This document shows, in pieces, positions 13,153 to 26,330 of a DNA stretch of 64,000 nucleotides (the stretch's first letter is position 1; each line of letters opens with the position of its first letter). A program made the position numbers and the translations under genes. Where the stretch lies: NCBI RefSeq assembly GCF_009914755.1, contig NC_060929.1; one strand, given 5' to 3'. This stretch comes from the human T2T-CHM13v2.0 reference genome, Homo sapiens. A model generated the notes under the pieces. That model was not told the origin of the DNA, searched no databases, and was given only the letters and a program-made list of their open reading frames with translations.

Positions 13153-15405
13153 TGATATGGTTTGGCTGTGTCCCCGCCCAAATCTCAACTTGAATTGTAT
13201 CTCCCAGAATTGCCACATGTTGTGGGAGGGACCCTGGGGAGGTAACTGAATCATGGAGGTCTTTCCCATGCTATTCTTATGATAGTAAGTCTCAGAAGAT
13301 CTTATGGATTTATCAGGGGTTTCTGCTTATGCTTCTTCCTCATTTTTTCTTGCCACCACCATGTAAGAAGTGCTTTTTGCTGCCTGCCTTGATTCTGAGG
13401 CCTCCCCAGCCATGTGGAATTGTATGTCCAATTAAGCTTTTTTTCTTCCCAGTCTCAGGTATGTCTTTATCAGCAGTGTGAAAATGGACTAACACCGTGA
13501 ATAGGTACCAGGAGTGGGGGGTTGCTGAAAAGATACCTGATAATGTGGAAGCGACTTAGAACTAGGTAACAGGCAAAGGTTGGAACAGTTTCAAAGGTTC
13601 AGAAGAAGACCACAAATTGTGGGAAAATTTGGAACTTCCTAGGGACTTTTGGAATAGCTATGCCTAAACCATTGATAGTGATATGGACAATAAGGTCCAG
13701 GCTGAGGTGGTCTCAGATGGAGATGAAGAACTTCTTGAGAACTGGAGTGAAGGTGACTCTTGTTATGTTTTAGCAAAGAGATTGACAGCATTTTGCCCCT
13801 GCCATAGAGATTTGTGGAATTCTGAACTTGAGAGAGGTGATTTAGGGTATGTGTCAGGAGAAATTTCTAAGCAGCAAAACAATCAAGAGGTGACTTGGGT
13901 TCTGTTAAAGGCATTCAGTTTTATAAGGGAAGAAGAGCATAAAAGTTTGGAAAATTTGCAGCCTGACTGTGATAAAAAAGAAAAACCCATTTTCTGGGGA
14001 TAAATTAAAGCCAGCTGCAGAAATTTGCATAAATATCAAGGAGCCTAATGTTAATCCCCAAGACCACTGGGAAAATGTCTCCAGGACCTGTCAGAGACCT
14101 TCATGGCAGCCCGTCCCATCACAGGCCCAGAGGCCCAGGAAGAAAAAGTGGTTTCATGGGCCAGGCCCAGGGTCCCCGTGCTGTGTGCAGCCTAAGGACT
14201 TTGTGCTCTTAGTCCCAGCTGCTCCAGCCATGGCTGAAAGGGGCCAACAGACAGCTCAGGCTGCAGCTTCAGAGGGTGGAAGCCCCACACTCAGGCACCT
14301 TCCATGTAGTGTTGAGCCTGCAAGTACATAGAAGTCAAGAATTGAAGTTTGGGAACCTCCACTTAGATTTCTGAAGATTTATGTAAATGCCTGGATGCCC
14401 AGGCAAAAGTTTGCTACAGGGGTGGTGCCCTCATATAAAACCTCTGCTAGGGCAGTGCAGAAAGGAAATGTGGGATTGGAGCCCCCACACAGAGTCCCTA
14501 CTGGGGCACTACCTAGTGGAGTTGTGAGAAGAAGGCCTACCCCAGAATGGTAGATCCACTGACAGCTTGCACTGTGCACCTGGAAAAGCTGCAGATATTT
14601 AATACCAGCCCATGAAAGCAGCTGGGAGGTAGGCTGTACCCTCCAAATCACAGAGGCGGAGCTACCCAAAACCATGGGAACCCACCTCTTGCATCAATGT
14701 GACCTGGATGTGAGACATGGAGTCAAAGGAGATTGTTTTGGAGCTTTAAAATTTTGACTGCCCTGCTGAATTTTGGACTTGCATTGGCCCTGTAACCCCT
14801 TTGTTTTGGCCAATTTCTCCCATTTAAAATCACTGTATTCACCCAATACCTGTACCCTTATTGTATCTAGGATGTAACTAGCTTGCTTTTGTATTTAAAG
14901 GCTCATAGGCAGAAGGGACTTGCCTTGTGTCAGATGAGGCTTTGGACTGTGGACTTTTGGGTTAATGCTGAAATGAGTTAAGACTTCGGTGGACTGTTGG
15001 AAAGGCATGATTGGTTTTGAAATGTAAGGTCATGAGATTGAGAGAGGCCAGGGGCAGAATGTTATGGTTTGGCTGTCCCCCCACCTAAATCTCAACTTGA
15101 ATTGTATCTCTCAGAATTCCCACGTGTTGTTGGAGGGACCTGTGGGGTGGTAATTGAATCATGGGGGCTGGTATTTCCCCTGCTATTTTCATGATAGTTA
15201 ATAAGTGTCATGAGATCTGATGGGTTCATCAAGGGTTTCTGCATTTGCTTCTTCCTCATTTTTCTCTTGGCACTGTCATGTAAGAAGTGCCTTTCACCTC
15301 CTACCATAATGCCCCAGCCATGTGGAACTGTAAGTCCAATTAAACCTCTTTTTCTTCCCCATCTTGGATATGTCTTTATCAGTAGTGTGAAAACAGACTA
15401 ATACA
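13153..15405 (+). mobile_element. Full-length THE1A MaLR (5'LTR 13153-13496, internal, 3'LTR 15060-15405)
   Basis: Two direct LTRs flanking THE1-int; perfect 5-bp TSD ATCAC. Confidence 0.95.
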
Positions 15406-15419
15406 ATCACTGGCTAGAA

Positions 15420-16560
15420 AAAAATGAAATTGTATTCATTGCTGCCATTCTGACTTGAGTTTCAGGAGTCCAAGAGAAAATTGTTATGAAGAAGGAGCCA
15501 CAAAACTCTATAAAATACTGTATATTTGGCTCACTAGTTTGGATGATGTTTGATAAGCAATAAATATGTCATATTCTTCTTTTCTAGTTACTTTCCTTCT
15601 AGTAGATGCAAAACCCTACAAAGATACTGGAATTCAAGCTCAGTAAAAAAATAAGCTATTTTAGTGAAACCCAGGGCTTCTGGTAAAAGGAAAACCATGC
15701 TGTAAAATGAAGAAAAAGATCCTAGGGTTAAGATCCATGCCCTACAAATATGCCTAGGAGATGTAGAAGGCAACATAATCCAGTGTCTCTACAACGTATC
15801 ATACCCAATAGGTGAGATAAGATATAAAATCAACAGTCATATGACCTAATAGTAATGAATTATATGTAATAAAGAGATACAGTAGTCTGTAAACAGAGCA
15901 GGCCCAGATATGATATAATTATTGTAGCTGTTCTATAAGGACTTCAAAACACAGATATTTATACACAGTAGAAAAAGAGAAAAGGGAAAACAATGGGGAT
16001 TAAATAGATGGAGAATATTAATAGAATGTTTATATATTTTATACAAAGAAGAGTTAAGTGGGTCTCATCAATGTGATAAATAGTAGAACCATACATTGCC
16101 TAGAACATGCATTGAACTCAGAAATACAGTATTAGAAAAATACAGAAACTAAAACAGAGAGAGAAAAAAGAGTAGACACATAAAACACACAAAGCATAAG
16201 AGATATGCAGAACATGGTAAAAAAAAAAAATAGGCGGTGGGGGGTGGGGCGGGGGCGGGTTCTCAGAGGAGAATGCAGACAGTTAGAAAAAAAAAAAAGA
16301 AAACTGGAAAAAATCATGGTGAATGACTTCCCATGTCAGTTGAAAGATATTGCCAGAGAATTGAAGTAGGAAAAATACAAAGAAAAAAATACCTAGGTGT
16401 ATTATAATCAAATAGCTGAAAATCAAAGACCAAGTGATGATATTAAAAGAAGCTGGAGGGGAAAAATGATGTATAACATTTAATGAAAAAGATATATAAC
16501 TGACAGCTGAGATCTTAATGGAAAATGGAAGTCAGGAAATAATAAAAGGATGACTAAACT
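15420..16560 (+). mobile_element. Degenerate L1M 5'/ORF1 fragments
   Basis: 'acctaggtgtattataatcaaatagctgaaaatcaaagac', 'ataactgacagctga..aatggaagtcagg' resemble the ORF1 C-terminal region. Confidence 0.55.
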
Positions 16561-16796
16561 AAATTCAATTAGCCCAGAAGCCTAGGAAAAACAATTTGTT
16601 GGTTATCTTCCCTCTTACCCCCAACCAGCCACCCCCATGGGCCTGATCTCCATATGGAGTAGGGCAAGATAGGTTCAGAAAATATATGGGAAAACAAAAA
16701 CATAAATTATCTGTATTGTAGGAAATAATAATGTTGGCAGGTGAAATAGTTACCTGGTGTTTTAGTCAAACAGATCACGGGTCAATAAATTTATAT

Positions 16797-17059
16797 TTTT
16801 TTGTTTTTGAGACGAAGTCCAGCTCTGTTGCCCAGGCTGGAGTACAGTGGTGTGATCTCGGCTCACACAACCTCTGCCTCCTGGATTCAAATGATTCTCC
16901 TGCCTCAGCCTCCCCAGTAGCTGTGATTACAGGCATGCACCACTGCCACATGTTGTGGGAGGGACCCTGGGGAGGTAACTGAATCATGGAGGTCTTTCCA
17001 ATGCTATTCTAGCACTCCCAAAGTGCTAGGATTACAGGCAAGAACCACTATGCCCAGCC
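16797..17059 (-). mobile_element. Alu (S/J) with ~100-bp internal deletion replaced by THE1A sequence
   Basis: Alu right arm 16797-16943, foreign 67 bp, left-arm start 17015-17059; TSD-like aatttatatt/aatttctatt. Confidence 0.9.
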
Positions 17060-17249
17060 AATTTCTATTGTTTTTAAGTCACCTAGAAAACTACCACATT
17101 GCCTTTATTCTCAATTCCTTCACTTATTTCTAATTTGTTATCCTTCATTGTACAACATGTATTTTAATAATACTTCTTGAATTGCACTTTTATTAAATGA
17201 GGCAAAATACCTTCATCTATGTACTGTCTATTCTATAGTATAAAAACAT

Positions 17250-17870
17250 AAGATGTAATTCATGTCATTCAGTAGCTTACTGTCTTATGTATGTTTTAAG
17301 ATTCAATGAACAAAAGTTAGTGAAAAACAAGACGATAAACACCTACATTATAAATTACTCAGAGCAAATAGTATAACTGCCAAACACTATAAAAAATAAA
17401 CATGAAAAGTGTCAATAAGTAGAATTTAAGATGAAGCTTAAAGAATGGATAGGAAGAATTTCAGCTTATGAAGGAGAGAAGATGGGTTTCAGCAAGGAAG
17501 CCGGTTGAGAAATGTTATAATAGGCAAGTACATTGTACACAGAATGACAATATGAACTCTAGAGAAAAGTCCATACTTGGGAGTAGTGGAAAATAGCCTT
17601 GTCTAAGTGGGAGATAAAAATAATGCAGAGAAATGAAAAAAAAAAAGAAAAGAAAAGACAGAATAAAATTTAAATCTGCTTAGGAAGACAACTGGGAGCT
17701 GTTGTAGATTTTTTGAACACTAACAGAATGAAAGGACCTAAGGGACATTAATTCAGAGATCATGTGCAGAGATCATGTGCAAGATAAATTACAGTACAAG
17801 AAAGGAAGAAAACAGTCACAGAAAAGACTCAAGAGGAGAGTCTGATAGTTATTTTAGAAAACTGGTTAGA
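17250..17870 (-). mobile_element. L2 fragment
   Basis: 'tttaagatgaagcttaaagaatggatagga', 'gacaactgggagctgttgtagattttttgaac' are L2-like. Confidence 0.5.
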
Positions 17871-20249
17871 GAAGCCAGACGTTCTATGTTAGGGGCCTAA
17901 ATAAATGCCACTGACCTAGGAGGATTAGCTAAATTTTCTGTGTTTTTCTTAAAATCCTGATTTCTCTATTGCAGTTTAATTTCTCTCTTTCATCTCAGTT
18001 AGATTTCAAACATTGGCATCTATTTCAGGAAACTTTTCACTGATAATAAAAAATTTCTGCCTAACCTTGGAAGACTTTGCATAAACTTTGATTTCTAAAA
18101 GCACTTAACATCCTTGGCATATATTTATAATTCTCACTACTAAGATTCAGCATTGAGAAAATGCCAAGTTTGAAATTTTCAGTTATATTATCTTTAATTT
18201 CCAAGCTGTATTAATTTTGCTGACTGTAGTAGCTTTCTTTTCACCTCATTATTGTGTCTTTTCTTGAGACTACTCTAGCTAGCAGGTATTTCTGAAATAG
18301 GTGAAATCTATGTTCTTATACTTTTCCTTTCAATTTTACCTTTCTCAACCAACATTTCTGTTTTAGAAAATGCACCCTCTTTATATACAGATTTCAAGGG
18401 TACCTCTTATGGCATAATTAATTTTGAGGACTCCTCGGCCTGATGCTTCTATTTAGATTGAAATTTATGGAAGTAATTTGAGATGTCACTCAAATTGCAA
18501 TATCAGTATTATATGGCAATTCTTTTCTTTGAGCAACAACACTGAAAATCTATTATCTTTAATAAAGGAAATGATTGTTTTTTGAAGATATTTTTATTTT
18601 TAAATAAAAATTATAGAATATGTGTTTTTTTCCCATAAAATATAAGTTTCTAATGCACAACCCCTTGAGCCATTTATGCAGATTTAGCCCAGAAAAACAA
18701 AGCAGGGAACAGGCAAGTTTGAACTGACAGACACTGAATATCCCAAGTGTATTCATTGAGAGTCACTCAAATTTGCAGAATCATAATAATTGATCAGTAT
18801 TGAGAAAAATGAGATGATTGAAGATTGTTTAGAACATTTTTTACAGATAAAACATTTTGGAGGTGGTTTGTTTTAATATGTAAAATTCTGACAATTCCTT
18901 GAATCAGAGATAACTGGGGATTCATTCTTTTTAAAATCTCTATCTGCTGCTGCAAACTCAGTCTATGTAAATAGTTACATATAAATAGTTACATGGCAAC
19001 CTGTATTGCATTTTCATAGTAAATTCCTAGGTTAGTTATTTTCCACTAGTATGTACTATTCTTGCTAAAAATATTGTAAATGCTTCTAATACCATTTTTT
19101 CAATGAAAACTTGGAACTAATTTTTAGCTGTATCAGTTTTATAAATATAAATTGTAATTAATAGAATTTAATGTAAATTAATATAAATTATATATTTAAT
19201 TTTTTAACTTTCTACCTCTATAATAAAATACAAAATTTATTTTAATTTTGTCAAGTTTCTCATGATTACTTTTTCACTGAAAGTGTATGTAAAACAACTC
19301 TTCTGTGTTAAATATGTATTTTCTTTGCACTTGATAATATTATCTATATCATAAACTATAGTGATGTTAAAATTTGAAAACATGTTTATTTACTAGAATA
19401 TAACTCTTGAAGGCAGAGGATACAAAATCTTTTATAGGAAATGGGTTTTAACACAATTTTACTTAGCAATCTGTACTTGGTAGGTGCTTAATAAATGTTT
19501 AAGTAAATGTATGAATTATTTATCTCGCATATTAATCATTTGTTATCCCTGAGTTTGTTTCAATAGAGGAACATTGGCCTCTAGGCAATTAATTTTACTT
19601 TAAATTAATACATAGTTATTTCTGGACTTTACAAAATTAAACCAATTTAAAATTATCCCCTGGTAAAATAAATGCATTTGTTTCATAGGTTTTTATAAGA
19701 ATATGTTTTCCTAGATGATCCATTGCGTGTACATTATAAAATTCTTGTTAAGAGCTGTGATTTATAATCACCTAATTTAGATTTTGGTTATCAATTCTGG
19801 ATTTTTTTTCCGTAAAAAATATGACAGTAGTAGTTTTCTATAAAAAATATTACAATGGGATTATGATTCCAAATTACTGTGAAGACATTTTTTAAGCTTG
19901 GTTGATGTGGCTTATGATAACTTGATGGTATTTTGGATGAGTATATCTTGTTTTGATTCACAATGTATGAACATCGAGGGAATACTTCAAGAGAAAAAAG
20001 CCTTCATATGGTTTCTTGCCATAATGAACACTGAATAGTATCCACTTGACAAATTTTTACTTCAGTATTTATAGAAATAGCTAACTCAAACCAGTAATTC
20101 TTAGCCAGTGGAAGCATCATAATAGCGGGAGGAACTTTTGGAAAATACAATGAACTGCATTATGTAAGAAACGCTTATATAGAGTAGGAATGGCATTCTG
20201 CTGTGTGTCATTCAAAATTTGCCCAGGTGATTACTACATACAACCCCAT

Positions 20250-20643
20250 TTCCTTAGTTCATTTTGTGCTGCTGTAACAGAATACCAGAGACTGGGTAAT
20301 TTGTAAAGAACAGAAATTCATTTGCACAGTTCTGGGGGCTTGGCAGTGTAAAGTGGAGGGGCCCACATCTGGTGAGGACCTTCTTACTGTGTTATCCTTT
20401 GTCAACAGGCAGAAAGGCAAGAAAGCACATAGGAGAAAGAAGGAGGGGGGCTGAGCTTATCCTTTTATCAAGAACCATCTCTCTGGATAAGTAACCCACT
20501 CCTGAGATAAGACCATTATTCCATTCATGAAGGCAGAACCCTCATGACCAAATCACCTCTGAAAGGTACCACTTTTCAACAATGCTGCATTGGGGATTAA
20601 TTTTACAACACATGAACTCATAGGACACATTCAAACATTAGCA
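20250..20643 (-). mobile_element. MSTC/MSTD MaLR solo LTR, inserted in a MER5-like DNA element (~20090-20660)
   Basis: 'tagttcattttgtgctgctgtaacagaatacc' ... 'ggacacattcaaacattagca'; TSD CCCAT. Confidence 0.85.
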
Positions 20644-21805
20644 CCCATTATAACCACTGGATTATAGGCACACATGTTCACACTAGGGACACACATTTAT
20701 TTTTCTGGACAAACTCCATATTCATATTAGTTTCCGTGTTTGTGTTTTGATACTCTGGAAATCAGGTCAATAAGCCTAATGATCAGTGTATCTTGCTGAT
20801 GGTGATAGTGAGTACTATTTTCTCAGTCTAAGTGTGGCTTTATTTATGACAAGTAAGGAAGAGCCTATTATTAATATTAGGAATATTAGTTAATATTAGG
20901 AAGTTAGGAATTTAGATATATTTATGTGTATACATATATATGTGCGTGTACACGTGTGTATGCGTGTATGCATAAACGTTTATAATGCCTTTGTATCCCA
21001 ATGTCTCATTCTCCACTCCTTCTAAGAAATTTCACAATTGCTTTTCCTTCTGTACTCCTCTATTTCTAACCTCCTGAATTGATTCTTCATTTCAAGGAAG
21101 TCCATTCTTCTCAAAGGATGTTGAAAATCTTTCTCTTTAGAACGGCAACTGAGAAAATTAACTAATACTTACCAAGGGTGCCAAACCCAAAACCCCTTCC
21201 AAGTAGGTACTTAAGTTAATAATTATGCTTAGTGCAGATCGAGCAAGGCTTTGCACAGAATAACACACTAGGCGTTGTTACTTGGATCCAAGGCTGCCAT
21301 CCTAGACACAGAAAAGTTCAGGATCCATTTGGGAATTTAATGTGAAATTTCTCCTCCACAGTAGCACATGTCACTAGCTAGTGACTAACCATTTTAACCA
21401 CAACTTGCCTAATATAGCTAAAATCTGAGACAGGCATGTGGGAAAGAGGCAGGAGAGTGGTGCAATTGCCAAGAGATATGAGCAGGCAGGAACCAGAAAT
21501 AATGTAGGGGTAGATTCCAGTATTTGCATTTCCAGCGTGCAAAATGCATGAGCCTCTCCTACAACACTTTATACTAGCACCTAATTTAGAACATTTTTAC
21601 CCTGAGATTCCACGTGTGCACTCTGATATCCCAGAGGAAAATAAAAATAATTCTTGGAAATGTGCTATAGTATGAAACATAATAGTACCTAAAATAAGTT
21701 ATATGGGTTTACATAGGGAAATGATTCTTTTTACCCTGAAGCAATGTTAAAAAACTGCATTAAAAATCATCAAAAACCTAACATATGTACATAGGTTAAC
21801 ACCCA

Positions 21806-22372
21806 TGAGAGATTATGCCTCCTGATCTAGATGGCCTTAATGTTCACCTCAGCTTGACTAAACTTTAACCAGGCTTCTTTTTGACTTTAGGCTCTTGACC
21901 TCTCTTTCCTTAGAGAATTTACTTTAGAAAACTTGTAATTGTGAATTCTTTTTCTGCTTCTTTGAGATGTAAATATTTTTAAAAGCTCTTGCAAGGTTTA
22001 CAACCCAGAAATGTTTCTCAAGGACCTGGGAGGCACTCCTTTGAAATGCAATCATCAAGACAGATAGTGCCCTGATCTCCCAGTTTCTCTGGGATGGTAA
22101 GAGCCTGCATTCTACAGAGCCTTGCTCCAAACTGTAAAACTATCTCCTGTCATAAAGATAAGAGAAAGTTTATTTTTCTTTAGTTTAAGGCCAATTAACA
22201 AACACAGGTGGCCTATAGTTCCTCCCACCTTAGCTCTTAAACTCTTTACAACTCTCTTTTTCAATTCAGTATAACTCCGACTGAGTTCTAGACTTGTTCC
22301 ATTTTTGCAAGAGTCTTGAATAAAGTCTTTGTCAATTTTTAAACTTTATTCTGTATGATTTTTCTTTTGATA
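21806..22372 (+). mobile_element. MER4-group ERV1 LTR (MER67-like)
   Basis: 'cctcagcttgactaaacttta', 'aaggacctgggaggcactcctttgaaatg', AATAAA at ~22319, TG...TA ends. Confidence 0.65.
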
Positions 22373-22715
22373 CTACCACTCTCCCTTCACTTTGCCCTTA
22401 TACACTTAAAAAATAATAATACTGTTTATGGTAGAAGCAATAAAGTGAAAGATGCCAAGACTACAAAGAAGCCATGTGTTATTTTAGCAGAGAATAGAGA
22501 GTGATGGATCGTATGTCTAAGAAAGTTCAAATCAGAAAGAAAGTTCAAATCAGAAAGAAAGTTGATGAATTAACACAAGAGCAGATTTCCAGGGGAGGGA
22601 GAAAGGAGCCCTTGCTTCTGAGGTGGCAAGTTATTTTTTTTTCTTCCGGAGCTGCTCTAAGTAACAGCTTCCATTTCTTCATGAGCTCAGTGAGATGATT
22701 TTCTGTAACTTCTTG

Positions 22716-23183
22716 TAAGGGAGGAGACCACCCCTCATATTGTCTTATGCCAAATTTCTGCCTCCGAAGAAAGAATAAGTAAAAACTAAAAGGCAGAAAT
22801 GAAATCCATAAGCAGACAGCCTGGCGCCACAACCTGGGCCTGGTAGTTAAAGACCGACCCCTGACCTAATCGGTTATGTTATCTATAGATTACAGACATT
22901 GTATAGAAAAGGACCGTGAAAATCCCTGTCCTGTTCTGTTCCGTTCCGTTCTAATTACCGGTGCATGCAGCCCCCGGTCACGTACCCCCTGCTTGCTCAA
23001 TTGATCACGACCCTCTCATGTGGACCCCCTTAGATTTGTGAGCCCTTAAAAGGGACAGGAATTGCTCACTCGGGGAGCTCAGTTGTTGGAGACGTGAGTC
23101 TTGCTGAAGCTCCCGGCCGAATAAAGCCCTTCCTTCTTTAACTCAGTGTCTGAGGGGTTTTGTCTGTGGCTTGTCCTGCCACA
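22716..23183 (+). mobile_element. LTR2 (HERV-E/Harlequin) solo LTR, well preserved
   Basis: Starts TAAGGGAGGAGACCACCCCTCATATTGTC; TTAAAA box and AATAAA; perfect 4-bp TSD CTTG. Confidence 0.92.
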
Positions 23184-23833
23184 CTTGTCCTGGATTTCAA
23201 AGATCATTTGCCTCTACTGTCTTCATTTTTCCTTAAGATTGAATCATCATCAAGCCCTCAGAATTCTCTCTCCCAAAGTTAATAAAAGTTCTCAAGTTAG
23301 GATAAAATGTTCAGTCAATATTTGCTAGAAATGCAGATTTTGAACAAGGCAATCATTACAGGACACATGGATATTGTAGTGAAATTTAGAGGCTACATCC
23401 ACAGCTGATGTGCTCTATTTCTTTTACTCCTTCCATTTGAACCCCCATTCCTTTTTATTATTGGGCAAACACACTTTCTCAGATTTCCTGCTTATTTATC
23501 TTACTCTGTTTCCTCTGTAATGGGGAGGTCTTTTCGTATTAGAGTTCTTTATAACTTTGCATCTTAAGTGGACAAATATCCTTACACCCCAAGGAAACTC
23601 CTTAGAAATTGAAAACAGTTACTCATATTGTTCCAAAGAGGAAACAAAAAGGATAAATGACGTTTAAAGTCAAGTCCCTATAATAATGATAACAATAAAC
23701 TTTTGTTTGCTCTTGATGTTCTCAAGCTTATATTTTCTCATCAATACTGATTTTTCTTATTTTCGTTTTAACACATATACAAGCAAAAAAAATTCAGAAA
23801 CAAACAAAAAACCCCTAAAAACAAACAGAAAGA

Positions 23834-23871
23834 CACACACACACATGCACACACACACACACACACACACA
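23834..23871. repeat. (CA)n microsatellite
   Basis: Direct inspection. Confidence 0.9.
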
Positions 23872-24559
23872 AATAATGACCAAAATTGGTGAAATGAAAA
23901 TTGTTTTGAAGTACAGACTCCGAAATATTCAATACTGAATATGATTACATTGAATCAGAAATCAAAATAACTGAAATTTATAGTCCATGTTAGCTACCTA
24001 ATTAACTTTTTGCCTAAGAAATTTTATTTCTAAAAGCCTCAGTGTTTTGTCTATAAATGAAAATGATGTTTCCTGATATACCAATATTAGAAAGTTTTAA
24101 AAATAAAATGTATTAACAAATATAAAAATATTTTATGAAATAGCTCTAGAAGATTGACTGTGGCAATATTAAGGAAAATAGTCCACTAGTATTAGATGTT
24201 ATAAATCTTAAATCAGGTATTAACTGCAATCTTGTTGATATTTTAAAATCTAGTAGTTTACAGTAATAAATTTAAGAAAATGTATCTTAGAGAATTTCAA
24301 AAACTTCTGGGCATCGTTCATTGTTTGTTTATATAAGGCCAAGTTTGTGTATATTTATTTAACTGAGACTTTTCATTCACAGGGCTAAATGCTTTACTGT
24401 TTTAACGCATCTCAGGGGCTTCCTGTTGCAACTAATAAACTTACAGCTTGTAGGTATATGCATAGCAGAGTGTTTAACTTTGTTGATTATAATGAAGTAA
24501 AATTTGACAACAGTGATGGTTTTATGAAGACATATTTTCTCCCTAAATTAACTTAGAAC

Positions 24560-26330
24560 TACATTATGATCACAATAAATGTTAACAGGCTTTTTGTGTG
24601 TGAACTAGACAAAAGGTACTTAAAGTATATATGGAAAAATAGGCATATAAAATAATCTACACAAAATTTTATAGAGGAGTATTTAGTAGGAATTTACATT
24701 TCAAAATGTCAGATAGATACTTAAAACTTAATTAAAGCATTTCCTATCACCTTGTACTTTAAAGCAAATCATGAAATAGAATAGAGAGACATGAAATAAC
24801 CCCAAATTCCTATATGAACTTAGTAGGTTAATGTCAAGTTATTTCAAATTGTGAGGGAAGTAGAAAGTGGTTATTTTAATACATGAGTTTCAGCCTTCTG
24901 GTTCATGATAGATGTATGAACAAAACAAAATATAGATAGATGCCTACTTCACTTCTTATACAATATTAAATTCCAGGTCAATAATAATTTAAAGTTAAAA
25001 ATGAAAGTAGAAGGCTACTAGAGGAATATATAGGATAATTACTTTTTATGTATATTTAGATAAGGAGTCACTTTCTAAGCAGGGCCTGTAACTTGAAATT
25101 ATATTTTTAAGCAAATAATTTAAGATGTCATAATTATGAATTTTCCAAATATAAACAAATTATTAAAATGACTCAGAAAAATATCTAAATCATCAATTTC
25201 ACAAAGACATATTTTCTTAAAAATAAACAGATAAAATACCATTCAATGGTGAAATCGACATGAACATATAGTTTATTAAAAAATAAAAATTTACAGATTA
25301 AAAATATAAAACTTTGCCAGTCATGATGGTTCATGCCTGTAATCCCAACACTTTCAGAGGCCGAAACAGGAGGATTGGTTGAGTCCAGGACTTTGAGACC
25401 AGCCAGGGAAACATGATGAAACCCTGTCTCTATAAAAAACCACAAAAATCAGCCTGCCATGGTAGTGTGTGCCTGTAGTCCTAGCTCCAGAGGAGGCTGG
25501 GAGGTTGAGGCTGCAGTGAGCTGTGATCATGCTACTGCACTCCAGCCTGGGTGTCAGAATGAGACCCTGTCTCAAAAAAAAAAAAAAAAAAAAAAAAAGC
25601 CCATAAAAATTCTTCAGCTAGACACATTACACCACAAAACAGTCTTCATCAATTACAGCAATAATCATAAGTTTAGTAATACACAATGTCCTGAGTTTAT
25701 GGAGAAATGATTATTCAAAAAGTGTTGATAAAATGTGTATCCACATTTAAAATACACCTTAATTTCAATCCCAAAATTCTACTGGTGTTGACTTATTCTA
25801 CAGATAGGCTGTGTCTGTACAGAAAAAGTAAGACAATTTGGACTGCATGGAAGACAAAAAAAAAATAATAAAGAATAGAGATGATCTTAATGAATATTAT
25901 GTAATAGCAAAAGACAGATATTTTTAAAAATCCATTAATAGGTACCAATTGAATAATCCAAGATAACTTCATAAAATTAGACAAAATAATACATAGTTAT
26001 TTTGATTCCTTTTGAAGTGTAAGGTGGATCAATATCAATGATATGAATGATCTGCTAGTTATGTAGATCTAAAAAGGAATAGTGGAAGAGGGTATCGTTT
26101 ATAGTATATGTTCCCTTTCTGTAAAAGTATAAATTTATAAATGAATGCACATTAGTTTTCATATATGAAGAATATTTGTGGAAGAATATTTAAAAGAAAC
26201 TGTTAGCAGAATTATTTTTTGGGAATATATTACCATAAATCTGAAGTAATAGAGAAAAACTTACTAATTGTCTAATCTTTTGAATTCTTTGATGCATTTC
26301 CTTTTTAATAAAAGTAAATTGTCAATGGCA
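24560..26330 (+). mobile_element. Ancient L1M ORF2/3'UTR fragments (interrupted by AluJ)
   Basis: 'gaactagacaaaaggtacttaaagtatatatggaaa', 'cctacttcacttcttatacaatattaaattccagg'. Confidence 0.6.
25316..25598 (+). mobile_element. AluJ
   Basis: 'ggaggattggttgagtccagga', 'gaggctgcagtgagctgtgatc', poly(A); ~20-bp deletion in right arm. Confidence 0.92.

Noticed and set aside
13683-14675. 98-120 aa ORFs
   Set aside because: Fragments of degenerate THE1 internal sequence, not a host gene
21370-21385. Perfect 16-bp palindrome gtcactagctagtgac
   Set aside because: Short; context resembles a decayed MER3/MER33-type end; plausible by chance
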